Origin: Anthoceros angustus
Lineage: Eukaryota > Plantae > Anthocerotophyta
Direction: 5' to 3'
Assembly: GCA_010909165.1 (NCBI GenBank)
Contig: MU008173.1
Coordinates: 496,001 to 560,000, forward strand
DNA: 64,000 nucleotides
The translations under genes were made by a program, and so were the position numbers. The first letter of the stretch is position 1. Every line of letters begins with the position of its first letter. The notes beneath the pieces are model-generated. The model searched no databases. It was not told the DNA's origin and worked only from the letters and a program-made list of their open reading frames with translations. Below, in pieces: positions 24,332 through 38,900 of this stretch.

Positions 24332-27073
24332 CTACTTTAACAGAGACTCAATCGCTTCAAAGTATAACGGAGCCATCTCGGGGGATTGGGTCTTCACGGC
24401 ACACTTCACAGACAGATGCCCCACAACTGCAGTCAGCTCTACTAGGAAGGGAATGTTCGAAGGCACCTTCCCAGAAAGATAAAGGACATCTTGGCTAGTC
24501 TCCTTCAGCTGACGGCGTGCAATGAAGAATAGGTTGGAGCTTGCTAGTTTCTCCAGGGTAGCCTCCACATTTGTGATGATGGCATTTGGCAGCTCCTTAG
24601 AGACTTCATGGGAATCAGGAAGGGATTTCCAAGTCTCCAAAAACACGCTCCTCTCCATCCGACCTTCCTCAACAAAAAGTGCTTGCAAGGGAATCTTATC
24701 AGCAAAGTACCATACCGGTTGCTGATTGTTCTTTACCGCTACCTGTAAAACAGAGTTTGGTGAACCAGCTGCCACATTCTGGAACAGCACCATTGGCAAA
24801 AGGACGCTTGATGAGCTGCCAGGCTGAAGCAAAGGCACTTGAAGAGGACCTGCTGCAGCAAGACCAAAAGTGTTCTTATTAAATTGGATCATGAACCCAT
24901 CTAGTGGAAGTTGTGAGCTGTTCTCAAAATGTAGACTGTAGAAGATCTGTCCATCACGACGAACAAGTTTCCCACTGATCTGCAAACCCTGCCCGGCAGC
25001 TGCTGTCAAGAGCACTGGCAGTTGTGGCACTGGAGCAGCTGAGGTTGGCTGAGAAACTGGCACTAGCGCGCCATCCAAGCCCATCAAATCACCCAGCAAA
25101 TCTGCAACAGGAGCAGGTGGAACACTTGATTTCGGCTGCTGCGACGAACCCACAGAAGACGTGCTTGGTCTTGGTGGTTGCGGAGCATAAGCTGAAGGCC
25201 CAGCTGGTGGCACTGGGGCAGGCGTATCCGGTATGGGTGCTGAAGACTCCGATGGACCTGCATCCTGGTTGTCAAGGTAGCCCTCCTCTTCATCTGTTGG
25301 CTGGATGGCTGGTCGGGTGCGACTGACAAATGCATCTGGAGGCTTGTGATACACAGAGGCCAATGTTGCGATGTTTGCAAGCAGCTCATCAAGAAGTGAA
25401 GAATCCAAAGTATTTGAGTCATCACTCAAGGTCGGCTTCTCAGCCAAGACAACATCCTTTGCAGCTTCAGGATCTGTGGACAACAAGCGCCAGTAGACAT
25501 ATGCACGATCCCGAAGATCTGGATTATCTGTTTCTTGAGTTGCATTGTTAAGTACCACCTGAATCATCTGTTGAGGACCTTCCGTGGGCTTCTTGAGAAA
25601 CAGCTTCACAGCAGCAGTGAGAAGCTGCAGCTGCACCATGGCCGGCTCTTCTGGAAAGCTTTCTAGGAAGCTCTCTAGCAGCTCATCAGCATTGTCTATC
25701 CGCTCTGCATATTCCCCAATTATCCAGATCATTGATGCCTTTGCCTCCGGTTCGTCAAGAGTGTCCAAGCTCTCACACAGGGTAGCAATAATAGATTCGT
25801 ACATGTTTGGGTATCGACGAAAAATATCCTTGATGACAATGATAGCCTCCTGCACCACATAGTTGACCTTGATTTTGATGAGTTCAAGCAAAACATTGAT
25901 GCAGCGCTCTGCAGCTCTCTCCAGCTTAATGGCACAGCGGCCAATAGCCCTGACAGCTTTGCGGACAAAGTCAACATCGACTTCTGTTGCATACTCCTTA
26001 AACTCCAACAGGACCTGGTCAATGTTCCTGTCAGAGGCCAGCTTGATCATAATCTCCAGCTTTTCCATCTTCACATAGATGGGGTCGTTATATTTGCAGA
26101 AAAACACCTTGATCTCGTGCGCCAGAATGCTCGGTCTCCGCTGCACAATGAGATTGATATTCCGCAAAGCCACGTACTGTATCTCCGGCTCAGCGGAAAT
26201 GAGCGTCACCAGAGGCGGAGCCATTTTCTTGCACAAATTCCTGGCCACATCTGGACTGGTAATGAGTTCCATCTGCTGCAATATCACCTTCACCGCAGAC
26301 AGCACGACGGCACAATTAGCATGTTGCAGGCGAGGGGTCACCCGCTCCACGATGTTCTCGGCATCACGAGCATCATTCGCCTTGTACCTCGACAGGGCAT
26401 CCAAAATGAACACCTGACCCCATTCCGTGCACTCGTTGAGCGCAGCCAAGAGCTTGAACAGCGTGTTGTTGGTGATCTCAAATATGACCTTGCTGCTGCT
26501 CTCTTGTATCTCTGCCAACGCCGCTACCGCATTCGCCACAACCATGGGATTGCTGTCCGATATCATCTCCTTCAAGGCATCCAAAAAGCCTCTATCCTCC
26601 ACCAGCTCCGCATTGATGTCATACAGTTTGGCCACGCACACAGCTGCCGTTTTCCGCACGTAGGGATCGTCGTCCTTGATGCACCTCTGCAACGGATCGC
26701 ACAGATACTCAGTTATCTTGTCCACCCTGATGCACCCCATGGTCCTCACAGCTAGAGCCCGGATCAACGGATTCGGATCCTGCGAGTCCTTCACAAAGGT
26801 GTTGACAGCCAGAATAGCCAGATCCGGCTGGCTCTTGGCGTAGTTGATCAAATACAGATACACCAGCTTCTTCAACTCCAGATTGTCCGTCTGCATGCAG
26901 TTCACCACATCCGTGAACAACATGGACACATCCTTGCCCACCGTCATTGCCGCAATCACCTTCTTCACCGCATCCTTCTTCTTGTCCTTGTACTGCGAGT
27001 TGAGCTCCTCTTTCAGCTCGTGGATCTCACCCTTCTTGGTGGTGGTGAAGTACTTGGAGTCATGGCCGCTCAT
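24332..27073 (-). CDS. AP-1/AP-2 adaptor complex beta subunit (beta-adaptin), intronless
   Basis: ATG at 27073 gives [25 protein letters not shown]; adaptin N domain, Pro/Ser-rich hinge, appendage; 913 aa in one ORF. Confidence 0.96.
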   Translation of the reverse strand: MSGHDSKYFTTTKKGEIHELKEELNSQYKDKKKDAVKKVIAAMTVGKDVSMLFTDVVNCMQTDNLELKKLVYLYLINYAKSQPDLAILAVNTFVKDSQDPNPLIRALAVRTMGCIRVDKITEYLCDPLQRCIKDDDPYVRKTAAVCVAKLYDINAELVEDRGFLDALKEMISDSNPMVVANAVAALAEIQESSSKVIFEITNNTLFKLLAALNECTEWGQVFILDALSRYKANDARDAENIVERVTPRLQHANCAVVLSAVKVILQQMELITSPDVARNLCKKMAPPLVTLISAEPEIQYVALRNINLIVQRRPSILAHEIKVFFCKYNDPIYVKMEKLEIMIKLASDRNIDQVLLEFKEYATEVDVDFVRKAVRAIGRCAIKLERAAERCINVLLELIKIKVNYVVQEAIIVIKDIFRRYPNMYESIIATLCESLDTLDEPEAKASMIWIIGEYAERIDNADELLESFLESFPEEPAMVQLQLLTAAVKLFLKKPTEGPQQMIQVVLNNATQETDNPDLRDRAYVYWRLLSTDPEAAKDVVLAEKPTLSDDSNTLDSSLLDELLANIATLASVYHKPPDAFVSRTRPAIQPTDEEEGYLDNQDAGPSESSAPIPDTPAPVPPAGPSAYAPQPPRPSTSSVGSSQQPKSSVPPAPVADLLGDLMGLDGALVPVSQPTSAAPVPQLPVLLTAAAGQGLQISGKLVRRDGQIFYSLHFENSSQLPLDGFMIQFNKNTFGLAAAGPLQVPLLQPGSSSSVLLPMVLFQNVAAGSPNSVLQVAVKNNQQPVWYFADKIPLQALFVEEGRMERSVFLETWKSLPDSHEVSKELPNAIITNVEATLEKLASSNLFFIARRQLKETSQDVLYLSGKVPSNIPFLVELTAVVGHLSVKCAVKTQSPEMAPLYFEAIESLLK

Positions 27074-27817
27074 GCTGTGCCGACAGCCCGCAGGCGCAGA
27101 TCCGACACAAGGCACGAAGGCGGCAAATGGAAGCAAATAAGCTCCTCGGGGCCCTACGATCTCCCCTGCCTCTCCCCCGGTCCCCTTGGGTTTTTGACTG
27201 GGCGCTGTCTTACATGCGTTTCAATCCCCTCCCTCTGTCAACGACCCTCTCGCCGTTCACAGACCTAAACTTTCTCCTTCCTGCTCTGCACCGTATCAAA
27301 ATTCGCTTTTATCGTCTTTCCAGTTTGTGGGCATTGATCGTCATCCACCATCCACCGGGAATGAGCCACTTTCTGTTAGACGCGCACCGACCTTCCAAAT
27401 GACGTGATCGTACATGTATCAAACTTGCGGAATTTGGCCTTTCGATTATCATGCACTGCATTGGACCGTCATTTTGATGCACAAGTGTGTGACATGACAG
27501 CAAGGACGATGCAGGTCTTCAGGATGCCTGGGAAGCCGCACATGTGCAGCATGAATCTGACATGGAAGACGAAAACAACGACATCGTTGCTGCATTTGCG
27601 CTTTGCTCCAGGATTGAATGAGGCTGCATCTCAAGTTGCCACCATATCCTCGAGACATGTGCCACTGACAGCATCAGCCCCTAGACCCATGCAGCTGCTT
27701 GGCATCCAGCAAAGCTCCGACCCTGGCGCATGCTTGAAGGTTGCAAATGTGGGTTCTACCACATAGCTGCATTTTTTACTCCACTCTGTGTGTCATCCGG
27801 AGACTTGACTGCCTGCC

Positions 27818-29926
27818 ATGACCGTCTTCTGCAGCGTTGGAAATGGGTTCATGGAAAGATCTCCCGCTGGCCTGACTTCAAGGGGCCCACAGTTGGTGCA
27901 CAAGCAAGTCGGGAGGTGCAGTAGCAGCTGCGTCAGGACGAGCTTGGTGAAGCAGGGTTGCTGGGTGGATGGTTCTGATACCCACAGGAGCAGGCCTGCA
28001 AGGTGGCAAGATAGAGGGGGCTGCGTGACGGCTGAGACTGTGAGCAAGCTGTGTGAGGATGGCCATCTCGCTCAGGCTGTTGAGGCTTTGGAGATTCTGG
28101 TGCACACAGGCCGATGGGTTTCCAAGTCTCTGTTTTATACTCTTGTGAGGACATGTGCAGGCAAGAAGGATCTTGTGCTGGGTAGCCGCGTGCATGTTTT
28201 GGCTGTGAGGAAGGGGTACGGGTCGGACACGTTCTTGTGCAACCACATCCTGCGGATGTATGCTTCTCATGGCAGGCTGCAGGATGCCATGCAGCTGCTC
28301 GAGGGGGTTGCCAGACCGGATGCCTTCTCCTGGTCTGCCATCATCTCTGCGCATGTCAGGCATGGTCGGGACAGGCAGGCCATAGAACTGTATCAGCGGA
28401 TGCGCAGGTCGGATGTAAAGCCAGATGGGCATGTGTTTGCGGCAGCCCTTCAGGCTTGTGCAAGGGGAGAAGACTTGAAAGCTGGGCAGCAGGTGCATGC
28501 TGATGTGCTGGCCAGCGGCGTCGAGCCTGATGTGTTTGTCTGCAGTTGTTTGGTGGACATGTACGCGAAGTGTGGCAGCTTGGAAGATGCTCAGAGAGTG
28601 TTTGATGGACTGGCCGTGAAAAATGTGGTCACTTGGACGGCCATGATAGCAGGATATGCTCAGAAGGGCATGGGGCACCGAGCTCTGCGTCTGTACAGTG
28701 CTATGCGAGAGGAAGGCATGGCTGTGCCCGATTCTGTGACATTTGTATGCCTCCTGCAGGCATGTGCTTGTGGGGGCACGTTGGCGTTACACGTGGGGAA
28801 GCAGCTTCATATGCAGATCAGAGAAGGGGGACATGAAGGTGAAGTGTTTGTGGTCAACAGTTTGGTGAGTATGTATGCAAAGTGTGGAAGGTTGGAAGAC
28901 GCTCGAAGGCTGTTTGATGGAGCTGGGCAAAGAAATTTGGCGTCGTGGAATGCCATGATAGCTGCATACTCCCAGCAGGGTATGGGCCAGGAAGCCCTTC
29001 GTCTGTACAGTGCCATGCTAGAGGACGGCACGACTACACCCGATTCCATCACATTTGTGTGCCTCCTGCAGGCATGTGCAAATGTGGCAGCTCTGTATCT
29101 GGGAAGGCAGCTGCACGGACAGATCGTGCAACAGGGGCTTCAGGCAGAGGTGCTTGTAGCTGGCAGTTTAATCAACATGTATGGAAAGTGTGGGAGCATG
29201 GTTGATGCACAACAGGTGTTTGATGAAATGCCCGAAAGGAATGTTGTTGCCTGGAGTGCGCTGATTGCAGGCTACACATGCCAAGGAGAGAGTGAAGTGG
29301 TCTTTGATTTGGTCCAGAGGATGAGGGAGGATGGCATAAAGCCAGACGGCGTCACATTCCTCAGCGTGTTGACAGTGTGCAGCCATGTAGGTCAAGTGAC
29401 GAAGGGACGGGAATACTTTGAGGCAATGCACAGACACCATGGCATTACTCCCACTGTCGACCACTACACGTGCATTGTGGATCTCCTTGGTCGTGCAGGG
29501 CAAGTGGATGAGGCAATAGCTTTGGTAAGGTCAATGCCAGTTTCACCTAATGCTGCAGTTTGGCACACCTTGTTGGGTGCTTGTCGAACATGGAGTAATG
29601 TGGAGGTGGGACTCCATGCTTTTCATGAAGCCGTGAAGCTAGACAAGGAAGATGCCACAGCTTATGCCATGATGTGGAACATATACACCAGTGCCGAGAT
29701 GTGGGAGCAGGCACAGGAGATGCAGGGAAGGAGAAAAGGACTCAGGTCATGGAAGCAGCCAGGGCAGAGCTGGTGGACAGACACGGAGGGACTGGTGCAT
29801 AGTTTTTTGGTTGGGGATGAGAAGCATCCCCAGAGCCCAGCAAGGGTGTATGCGCAGCTCGTTGCTCAGGATCTGGTGATAGCCCGTCATGCCTCTGAGA
29901 GGAGACCGTCTTACCAGCTGACCTGA
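27818..29926 (+). CDS. PLS-class pentatricopeptide repeat protein with E1-E2-E+ and no DYW deaminase; candidate organellar RNA-editing factor; intronless
   Basis: About 14 alternating L/S/P motifs ending P2-L2-S2 (HYTCIVDLLGRAG), E1 (VWHTLLGACR), E2, and PG box KQPGQSWWTD...HSFLVGDEKHPQ. Exact start uncertain. Confidence 0.93.
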   Translation: MTVFCSVGNGFMERSPAGLTSRGPQLVHKQVGRCSSSCVRTSLVKQGCWVDGSDTHRSRPARWQDRGGCVTAETVSKLCEDGHLAQAVEALEILVHTGRWVSKSLFYTLVRTCAGKKDLVLGSRVHVLAVRKGYGSDTFLCNHILRMYASHGRLQDAMQLLEGVARPDAFSWSAIISAHVRHGRDRQAIELYQRMRRSDVKPDGHVFAAALQACARGEDLKAGQQVHADVLASGVEPDVFVCSCLVDMYAKCGSLEDAQRVFDGLAVKNVVTWTAMIAGYAQKGMGHRALRLYSAMREEGMAVPDSVTFVCLLQACACGGTLALHVGKQLHMQIREGGHEGEVFVVNSLVSMYAKCGRLEDARRLFDGAGQRNLASWNAMIAAYSQQGMGQEALRLYSAMLEDGTTTPDSITFVCLLQACANVAALYLGRQLHGQIVQQGLQAEVLVAGSLINMYGKCGSMVDAQQVFDEMPERNVVAWSALIAGYTCQGESEVVFDLVQRMREDGIKPDGVTFLSVLTVCSHVGQVTKGREYFEAMHRHHGITPTVDHYTCIVDLLGRAGQVDEAIALVRSMPVSPNAAVWHTLLGACRTWSNVEVGLHAFHEAVKLDKEDATAYAMMWNIYTSAEMWEQAQEMQGRRKGLRSWKQPGQSWWTDTEGLVHSFLVGDEKHPQSPARVYAQLVAQDLVIARHASERRPSYQLT

Positions 29927-30210
29927 CCGTCAACAGACACAAAAAGACAGTGGTTATAAGCAGCAGGTTGACAAACATGTAGGCAGGTTGGAAGCTGCTC
30001 AGCGAAGCACTCTGAAACGGTTGTCGTCGAAAGTAAAACTGGGGGCATGCAGCCGAAGGGCCCTCCTGGCATGCTCTTCGGGTATGTTACCACATCGTTT
30101 GCAAGGAAGGCTGTCGAGCAATGCTTTAGGTCTTTCATCCTGCGACGCTTGGAATACAGGCAGTCAGAGGTACCAGAGCTCAGCCCAGGGGCCAACATTT
30201 TATCATTGTC

Positions 30211-30296
30211 CTGCTGCCCAGTTTTTGAGCCTGCTGTTCTTGCAAAAGCCTGAGAAAAACTTTGCAAGAACTGCGGACTCAAAAATTGGGCAGCAG
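30211..30296 (+). ncRNA. Long stem-loop, pre-miRNA-like (candidate only)
   Basis: 36-position stem: 32 Watson-Crick pairs, 2 G:U and 2 symmetric mismatches; loop ~12-14 nt. Confidence 0.4.
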
Positions 30297-30688
30297 TACT
30301 GTCGAAATGGCCTACAAAAACTTGTGAGCGGGCCTTGGATATTTCGTCCAACAATTAATTCCATCTTTTTCCCGTTCAAATTGATGGTCCAATGCAGTGA
30401 ATGATCAAAAGGCCAAATTCCGCAAGTTCGGTACCGACCACGGACTCTTATAGTCGTCAGACTAGCTCAGCGCAGGATTATACCCATACCTCCAGTCACA
30501 CCTCGCCAAAGCCAAGGGCCTTGAAGCTACCCTGAAGCCCCCCGACCTATGGCGTCCGCAATGCTGGCAGCTTGGCCAGCTACTTTGATGGCAGGTTAGC
30601 CCAGCACCCAACCTCCCATTGCTCATTCTCGGGTCTTTGTTCCCTTCGTGATTTTGTCTTCTCTTCTGGTGCACCTTGAGTCTGAGGG

Positions 30689-32769
<2,081 letters not shown>

Positions 32770-32974
32770 TTTGGTTGTCATGCAGCCAAGTGCATATGGT
32801 GCTGTGCAATGTGAGCTCGAATGTCTACAGTGTAGTACTTGGAACGAGTGCATTGTAGGTGAACAAGAGCTACTCTCTTGATCAACCCTGCGCTGGACAG
32901 AGCAATTAGCCGGACAGCTTGGTTGGGAGGCAGTCATTGATGAGTGTTGTGAGTACAGTTTGCTCAGCGCCATT

Positions 32975-35900
32975 CTAATCAGCCAACTGGCAGAGGCACG
33001 CAACCCCTTGCAGTACCCAAAAATCAGGTGTGGTTTTTGGATCAACTACAAGGCTCACTAACAGAATGAAATTGGAAGAAGCTCCCGTTGTTGTCAAAAC
33101 TCCAGCTCTCACATGTGTCTTGTAGAGTGGACACTGATATTCTTCATCGGGAGGCTTATAGTTCACAATAGGAATGAAGTGAACAACTGGCAACCTTGAG
33201 TACATCTCACCTGAAAAGCAAGCAGTGGTACAACGTGTTTCACACAACTCCGAAACAATTTACCACGGCCAGAGTATCACGTTGGCTGGCTTACCGGGAT
33301 TGGCTTCAGCCAAGCACTTGCGCCTTCGATCCCATCTGGCTCCGTCAACGTAGAGCCCACTAATGAACAGGCCATCCTCTGGAGCGAGATCGACATCTTC
33401 GTCGTTCTCCATAGGCAGGACCTTGAAACCGAAATTCAGAGTATCTATGGGTATCTTATATTTCCGGGCATGGTTCTGCAATGCACCTGTCATAAAACCC
33501 TGAAATCGAAGTAAGGGAACTTATTAGATGTCGCTTCTTGAGAATGGAGCTGCTGATTTTTGGTAGCAAGCTAGCCTTCTCACCTGAGGGAAAAAGAAGC
33601 CAGGCAACCAAAAACTCTTGGGCTCTCCTTCTTTGATCCATTTGGCGAAGAACTGCATTCGCCTATGAAAATCCTTCACCCACGACGAAAGGGGTTTTCA
33701 ATGATGGATACGCCACTGCGGTCCATAATGCAGGTAATTGGTTGTTCAGGAAGTTGTGGAACATGCTCTCCAAATCTGCTGACATGACCACCAGCCCCTT
33801 GATTGCTTTCTGGAGTTCAACAAGGGTAATCCGGATCCTATTGAGCAGCCGGTTGAACCTTTCCGATTCCTGCACTCCACAGAACAGTCATACATCTGCA
33901 AGTATGAGGGAACCTCTTTTGTTCATGAGGGAACGTCCTCGGAGCTGTACCTGAAAAAGCACAGTTGTCAAAGAGCTTACTGCTCCACTTGGCCCTATCA
34001 CGTGTGCCTGCTTTGATTCTTCGGGTCTCAGAGGGGCAGGAAGGTCTGCGAGGATCTTAGCTGCTAGTTCAGCTACAATCTCGTCTGAGCTCTTACCCCC
34101 CTTTGATGAGCTCATTCGAGGCTGCATACTCAGGACTGTGTTGATGATCTTCTGCGTTTCTTGAAGCTGAAATGTGAGATTTGCATTCTCATGCATCCCA
34201 AAAACATCAGGAGCTTCTGAGGTGGGGAGAGTCTTGATATAGTCCACATATGATGAATAGGGGCCTTCTGGAGGGGATACATATATCCCAGAGGAAGTGA
34301 AAGGATGCAGATCTTTCAAAACCTCGACGTCATAGAAATGTCGTAGGGTGCTCATGAGGCATCTCCGATCCAGATCATCTGTAACTCTTCCACCATAATT
34401 GATTTCACCTGGGTTTTCACTGCTGTGAGTACATTCTGATGTGTTTCCGATTGTGAATTGAAGTTGGATACTCTTATGTGATAAGCTTGGATGGATAGCA
34501 TGCTTGATCCTCTCTCTTGCTTACCTGTGACATACAGGAGAGCTGGCCAAGGAATTTCTGGCTGCTCCTCCAGAAACATGTGAAGAGTTTGAAGGGCACA
34601 CTCGAGATCACTACTGTTGAAGTCGTATTTCACATTCCATCCTAAAGGCCCGTATTTTCGCCTTTCCTGGATGACTGAGATGACACAAGATTTTGATATC
34701 AGGACAACAAGACGACCTTCAAAGAAGCACATGAGCGTAAAGACGATGGGCAGAAAAGAGTCATCCAAAAATCTACCTGCATGGAAAAAAGAAATGCTGA
34801 AGACCAGTTTCTTCCAAGTTGTCAGCTTGGTGCATTCCTCCAGAAACGAGACAGAAATATTCGCATATGATTGCATCAGGTTAGCTCGCACCCCTTTTGG
34901 TGGCTCGTTAGTTATCTTAATGCCATTCTGCAATATTGGAGCGGAGTGGTCAATCTTTCCAGGGTTAGAATGATCTGTACACAGACCTTCCAACCTAAAG
35001 TTCAGCAGTTTCAGCAAGACATGGGGCATGATGTGTGAATGTATGAGGTTCAACAGCTCATACCTGTAGAACTGGGATCGGAAAGTCACTCGAAGGGAAC
35101 GACGTCAACCAAAGACGAAATTCTGGATGGATATCTGCGGCCTCAGGAATAAATTTCTCGATAATCCTTTCCATGGTCGGCATCCATGATCTTGCTAGAT
35201 GACAGTTTTGAAGACAGACCCAGTCCCCTGTCTTCCTTGATTTGGAGACAAGGGTCTCTGCTATGGGCCCTTGACCCTGACCCAATGAGATCATATGCAG
35301 CTTCTCTCCAGGTTTCTTGTCCACTTTCTCTCCAAATCTTTGGAGCATTCCTGTTGGATCAGCTCCTGTTGTCAGAATGAATATTACGGGAGTAGTGTTC
35401 GTTGTGTCCTTGAAGACTTCTTCGAGCTGCAGAGGAGAGCTTCCAATGAAGTGGGGTCCTAGTTTGAACTTGATGAACTCCTCACATCCAAAAATAAACT
35501 TCTCCTCTCTCATTATCCTGAGCACTATCAACCGCTGGAATGGATCAACAGCATCCTGCCACTTAGAGGGGAGAGCCATAAGATGAGGCTCCGGAGATCT
35601 AAAGAATTCCTTCCAAGCACTAGGATGTTGGGCAAAATCTGCAGCAAGTCCTGTAAAAGTTTCAGGTGTAAGCTCCTCAAGGGCACAAATATGATTCCAA
35701 ATATGGGTGGTTATCCACTCTGGAGCTGGATTTGGGGGTCTATCATCCGGTGCCGGCATGCCCGCTGTCCCCACAAGGAAGAAACCCCATTCAGATTGCC
35801 GGATCTCACCAGCTGCCCTTAGTATAGCTGAGCACATTAGAAAAGCAAAAGTGATTTTATGCTGCTCGAAAAGGCCTCTGCTGACACTCGAGTACAGGAA

Positions 35901-38900
35901 CTCAGTTATACACACTATCATGTTATTTAGCCTGGTTGCCAAATCATCTGATCGCTCACTTATGTCAATGCAGTGATTGAAAAGTTGGCTGAAGAAAGTT
36001 AGGGAATACTGATACATAGGATCCACGAGAGCCAGGTCTGAAATGACAAAATACAAAATGGACCCACGATATGCAACAATCCTGTACAACTCTCGAGCTG
36101 CTGTTATCTCTTTCTCAGTTATTTCTGCCTGCTTCACTCTTGCTGAGATGACAGTTGAGGTAGTTTTAGAGTTGTTCAGTGTGTTGATCAGCACTTCATC
36201 ATCCAAAATGTTGCCTTCACTTTCTTTCAGAAGTTTCAAAATCTTGTCTTCCAGATCCTTGAGTTGCTTCTTGTCACTACTTATGCTCACCACAAGCCTA
36301 TCATTTTGTTCTTCAAGATCAGCTCTCTCTTTCCTGACGACATCCCCCAAAAGCTGGTCCTCTAGGCCCTTGGCCGTTACAGTGAAGTTAACTAAAGTCA
36401 CCTTGATGCAAACCTCTGGTAGGTAATGTGGATTCGACATCTTACTTGTCATATATAATTTGAAGTTCATGTCATAATCAACATCCGTGTCACCTAGACG
36501 TATCAGCCAACGGCCCTTCTTTTCAAATACCTGCACAAGGTAAGAAAAAGAATGAATGATGTGACAACTAAACCGGACGCAATATACACGTATGCATCGG
36601 TTGATGGATGTTCTAACCTGTTTCTGAAGAATGGGTTCCAAAGCAGGGTCCAGAGCATCCCCAATCTCTTCCAAGAGAACTGGATTTCCAATTCGAATGC
36701 TGCTCTCCAGCGTCCTCAGAAGGTTACCATCTGTAAGTCTGACTACCCGTAGGCCATTTTTGGATTCCATGGCCTTGATCCAACTATTTGCCTGTCCTTG
36801 GGGGTCTATCATCAAAGGCCACCTCTTTCCACGGGTAACCAGGATGCCATTGTCTACAGATACGTCATCAACTGGGAGGCCCCATATGCTCCACTCACGG
36901 ACCTCGACTGGTGATGCCAAGATTCCCCTCAAGCTACAATTATCTGAAACAGGAATGGCCTGTGCCTAAAATTTTGAAGTTTGACACCTCGGTTATTAGA
37001 AATGAACTCCTAATGTACCGTGGCAGCAACTGTGATACAGAGGTGATGGAATAGCAGAGAAGTTTCAAGAAAACTTTACCTTACACTCTGCAATCCAACC
37101 ATCCAAGAGGACTTTGCGATATGGTCCAGAGAAAGCACCGTAGTATGATATACATGCAGCACACAGGAAAACATCTCCCACAAGCAACAATTTGTGTTCA
37201 CCAATCTCCTTTGCCGTTGATTTCCACCGTACCTGTTGCACGTCAAGTGGGGCTCTTTATTCTGGCATTGTCTTGGAGGACTTCATTTGGAAGGTTGTGA
37301 GACATTCAACTGTCACGCAAAAAATGGGACAAGACGCACGGATTCATCTCCAAGGGCTGAGGTCAGTTTTCCGGCCCGAATAAGACGATTTTCAGTGAGT
37401 TGAGCTTGCTGCTGAAGACTGCGTTGATCAGCTTCCACCACCTCCAGGTTCTTCTTCAGTTTCTCAACCTTTTCCTCCACTGCCCGAAGTTGCTCCTGCT
37501 TCGTAGCAAGATTTTCTGATGCTGCTTTTAAGGCCGCTTCTGCCTTTCTCAATACCTGTCCCATCCCCAAATGTATGATACCACTGCAGTCAAATAACAA
37601 ACTGCAAGAGGGAGAGCACGAAGGACGAATTGAGATGACAGTCCTGCAATACCCATAGTCTCTTTCTAACGCATGATTTCATTAGACAGCTTCACATGTA
37701 TCGAAATTGAGGTAAACAGTGAGCAAATAGGAACCTCTTTCTTAGGTGCAACAATTTTGTTGACATTTGCGTACACATCCATGGCTCGGACCCACATACA
37801 GAGACTGGTGGCAGCAGCACTCTGCTTTTGAACGATCTCTGGCAAAAAACTGGGATCCATAATATACTTTTGAAGCTTCTTCTGAATGAGTGGAGTAATC
37901 GAGTCTTTGTCATAGTCCACAAGACGCTTGATAAACGACACATCTCCCATAATCTGCAAACATATACTGATTCTTAGAATCCAGAACTAACGAGTTGTGA
38001 CTGTCACAACTCCACATAAAGTAAAATGCCAGCTACCGGACCTTTTTTGCAGCATCCCATTCAGGTTTCTCTCCCAGGAGCACACAAACAGCCTCCATTG
38101 TCATGAGTACGAGGCCTGGTGGAGTCTTGAAAGACTTGACTTCTGTGATATCACTCTTGCTCAATGAATTTAGCGCTTCCACAGCAGCATTCAAAGCAGG
38201 CATGGCTAGTTCAAGGTCTTTAAGTGCATCATCCTTAATAAGCTGTGTGTTGGCTGCCTGCACTTTAACCTGTGCCTCTTCTATTTCTACAGTGTTTTTC
38301 ACCTGCACAGACAGAAGAAGTATGACTGAGCTCACAAGCCCCTAGTTGTCGGCATCATTATTGAATGGCAAAAGCCAGAAGTTGTTGGAGTATACACCTT
38401 CTCAGCAGCTTCTTGGTCGCTTGCAACTTGTGCAACAAGTTTGTCAGTTATCTCTCCTTTCTCTTTCAGTATTGGCTGTAGCTTGCCTAGTTCAATCTGT
38501 ACACAAGGACAAACTGGGTGATCAGTATTCTGTGCAAAAGCTACTACTAGGATTTGTATCCAAGATGGCGAACTGTTGGATCTTGAAATGGAGCGCTCTC
38601 ACAATATTAAACCGTACCTTCATGCTATCAATCAATACGTTGGTTTCCTTTAATTTCTGCAATCCATTCATAAAGCGATCTTGCGCCATGTCCATCTCCT
38701 TTCGCTTTTCTTCTAGCAATTGGATGTATAGATTTACGCAATCAAGATAAGACTTAGGAGTGATGTAATACTTTCTGCGAAGTTCCATGTAGAACTTGTC
38801 AGCAGCCAGGCCAACAGATGTGTGAATTCCTACACACATCTTTGCTATCTTCTTCTTCACCTGCACAGCCCACAAGAACAGTTTCAGTTAAAGATCAAGC

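Larger units (their letters stand above)
27422..30428. repeat. Inverted repeat pair (27422-27477 and 30376-30428) enclosing the PPR gene
   Basis: AACTTGCGGAATTTGGCCTTT is a perfect 21-bp match between the arms; over 56 nt there are 4 mismatches and one 3-nt indel. Confidence 0.85.

Noticed and set aside
26117-26755. Plus-strand 212-aa ORF, and minus-strand 266-aa ORF at 27878-28678
   Set aside because: Antisense shadows of beta-adaptin and the PPR gene.
22199-27073. Horizontal transfer from bacteria as the cause of intronless genes
   Set aside because: Beta-adaptin and HAS1-type helicases are eukaryotic families with plant-like sequences.
29927-30155. Possible eroded DYW domain after the PPR stop (in-frame KHSE at ~30005; SSCDAW at ~30135 in another frame)
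   Set aside because: Three in-frame stops precede HSE, the following residues do not resemble KLAxAFGL, and there is no CxxC; compatible with chance.
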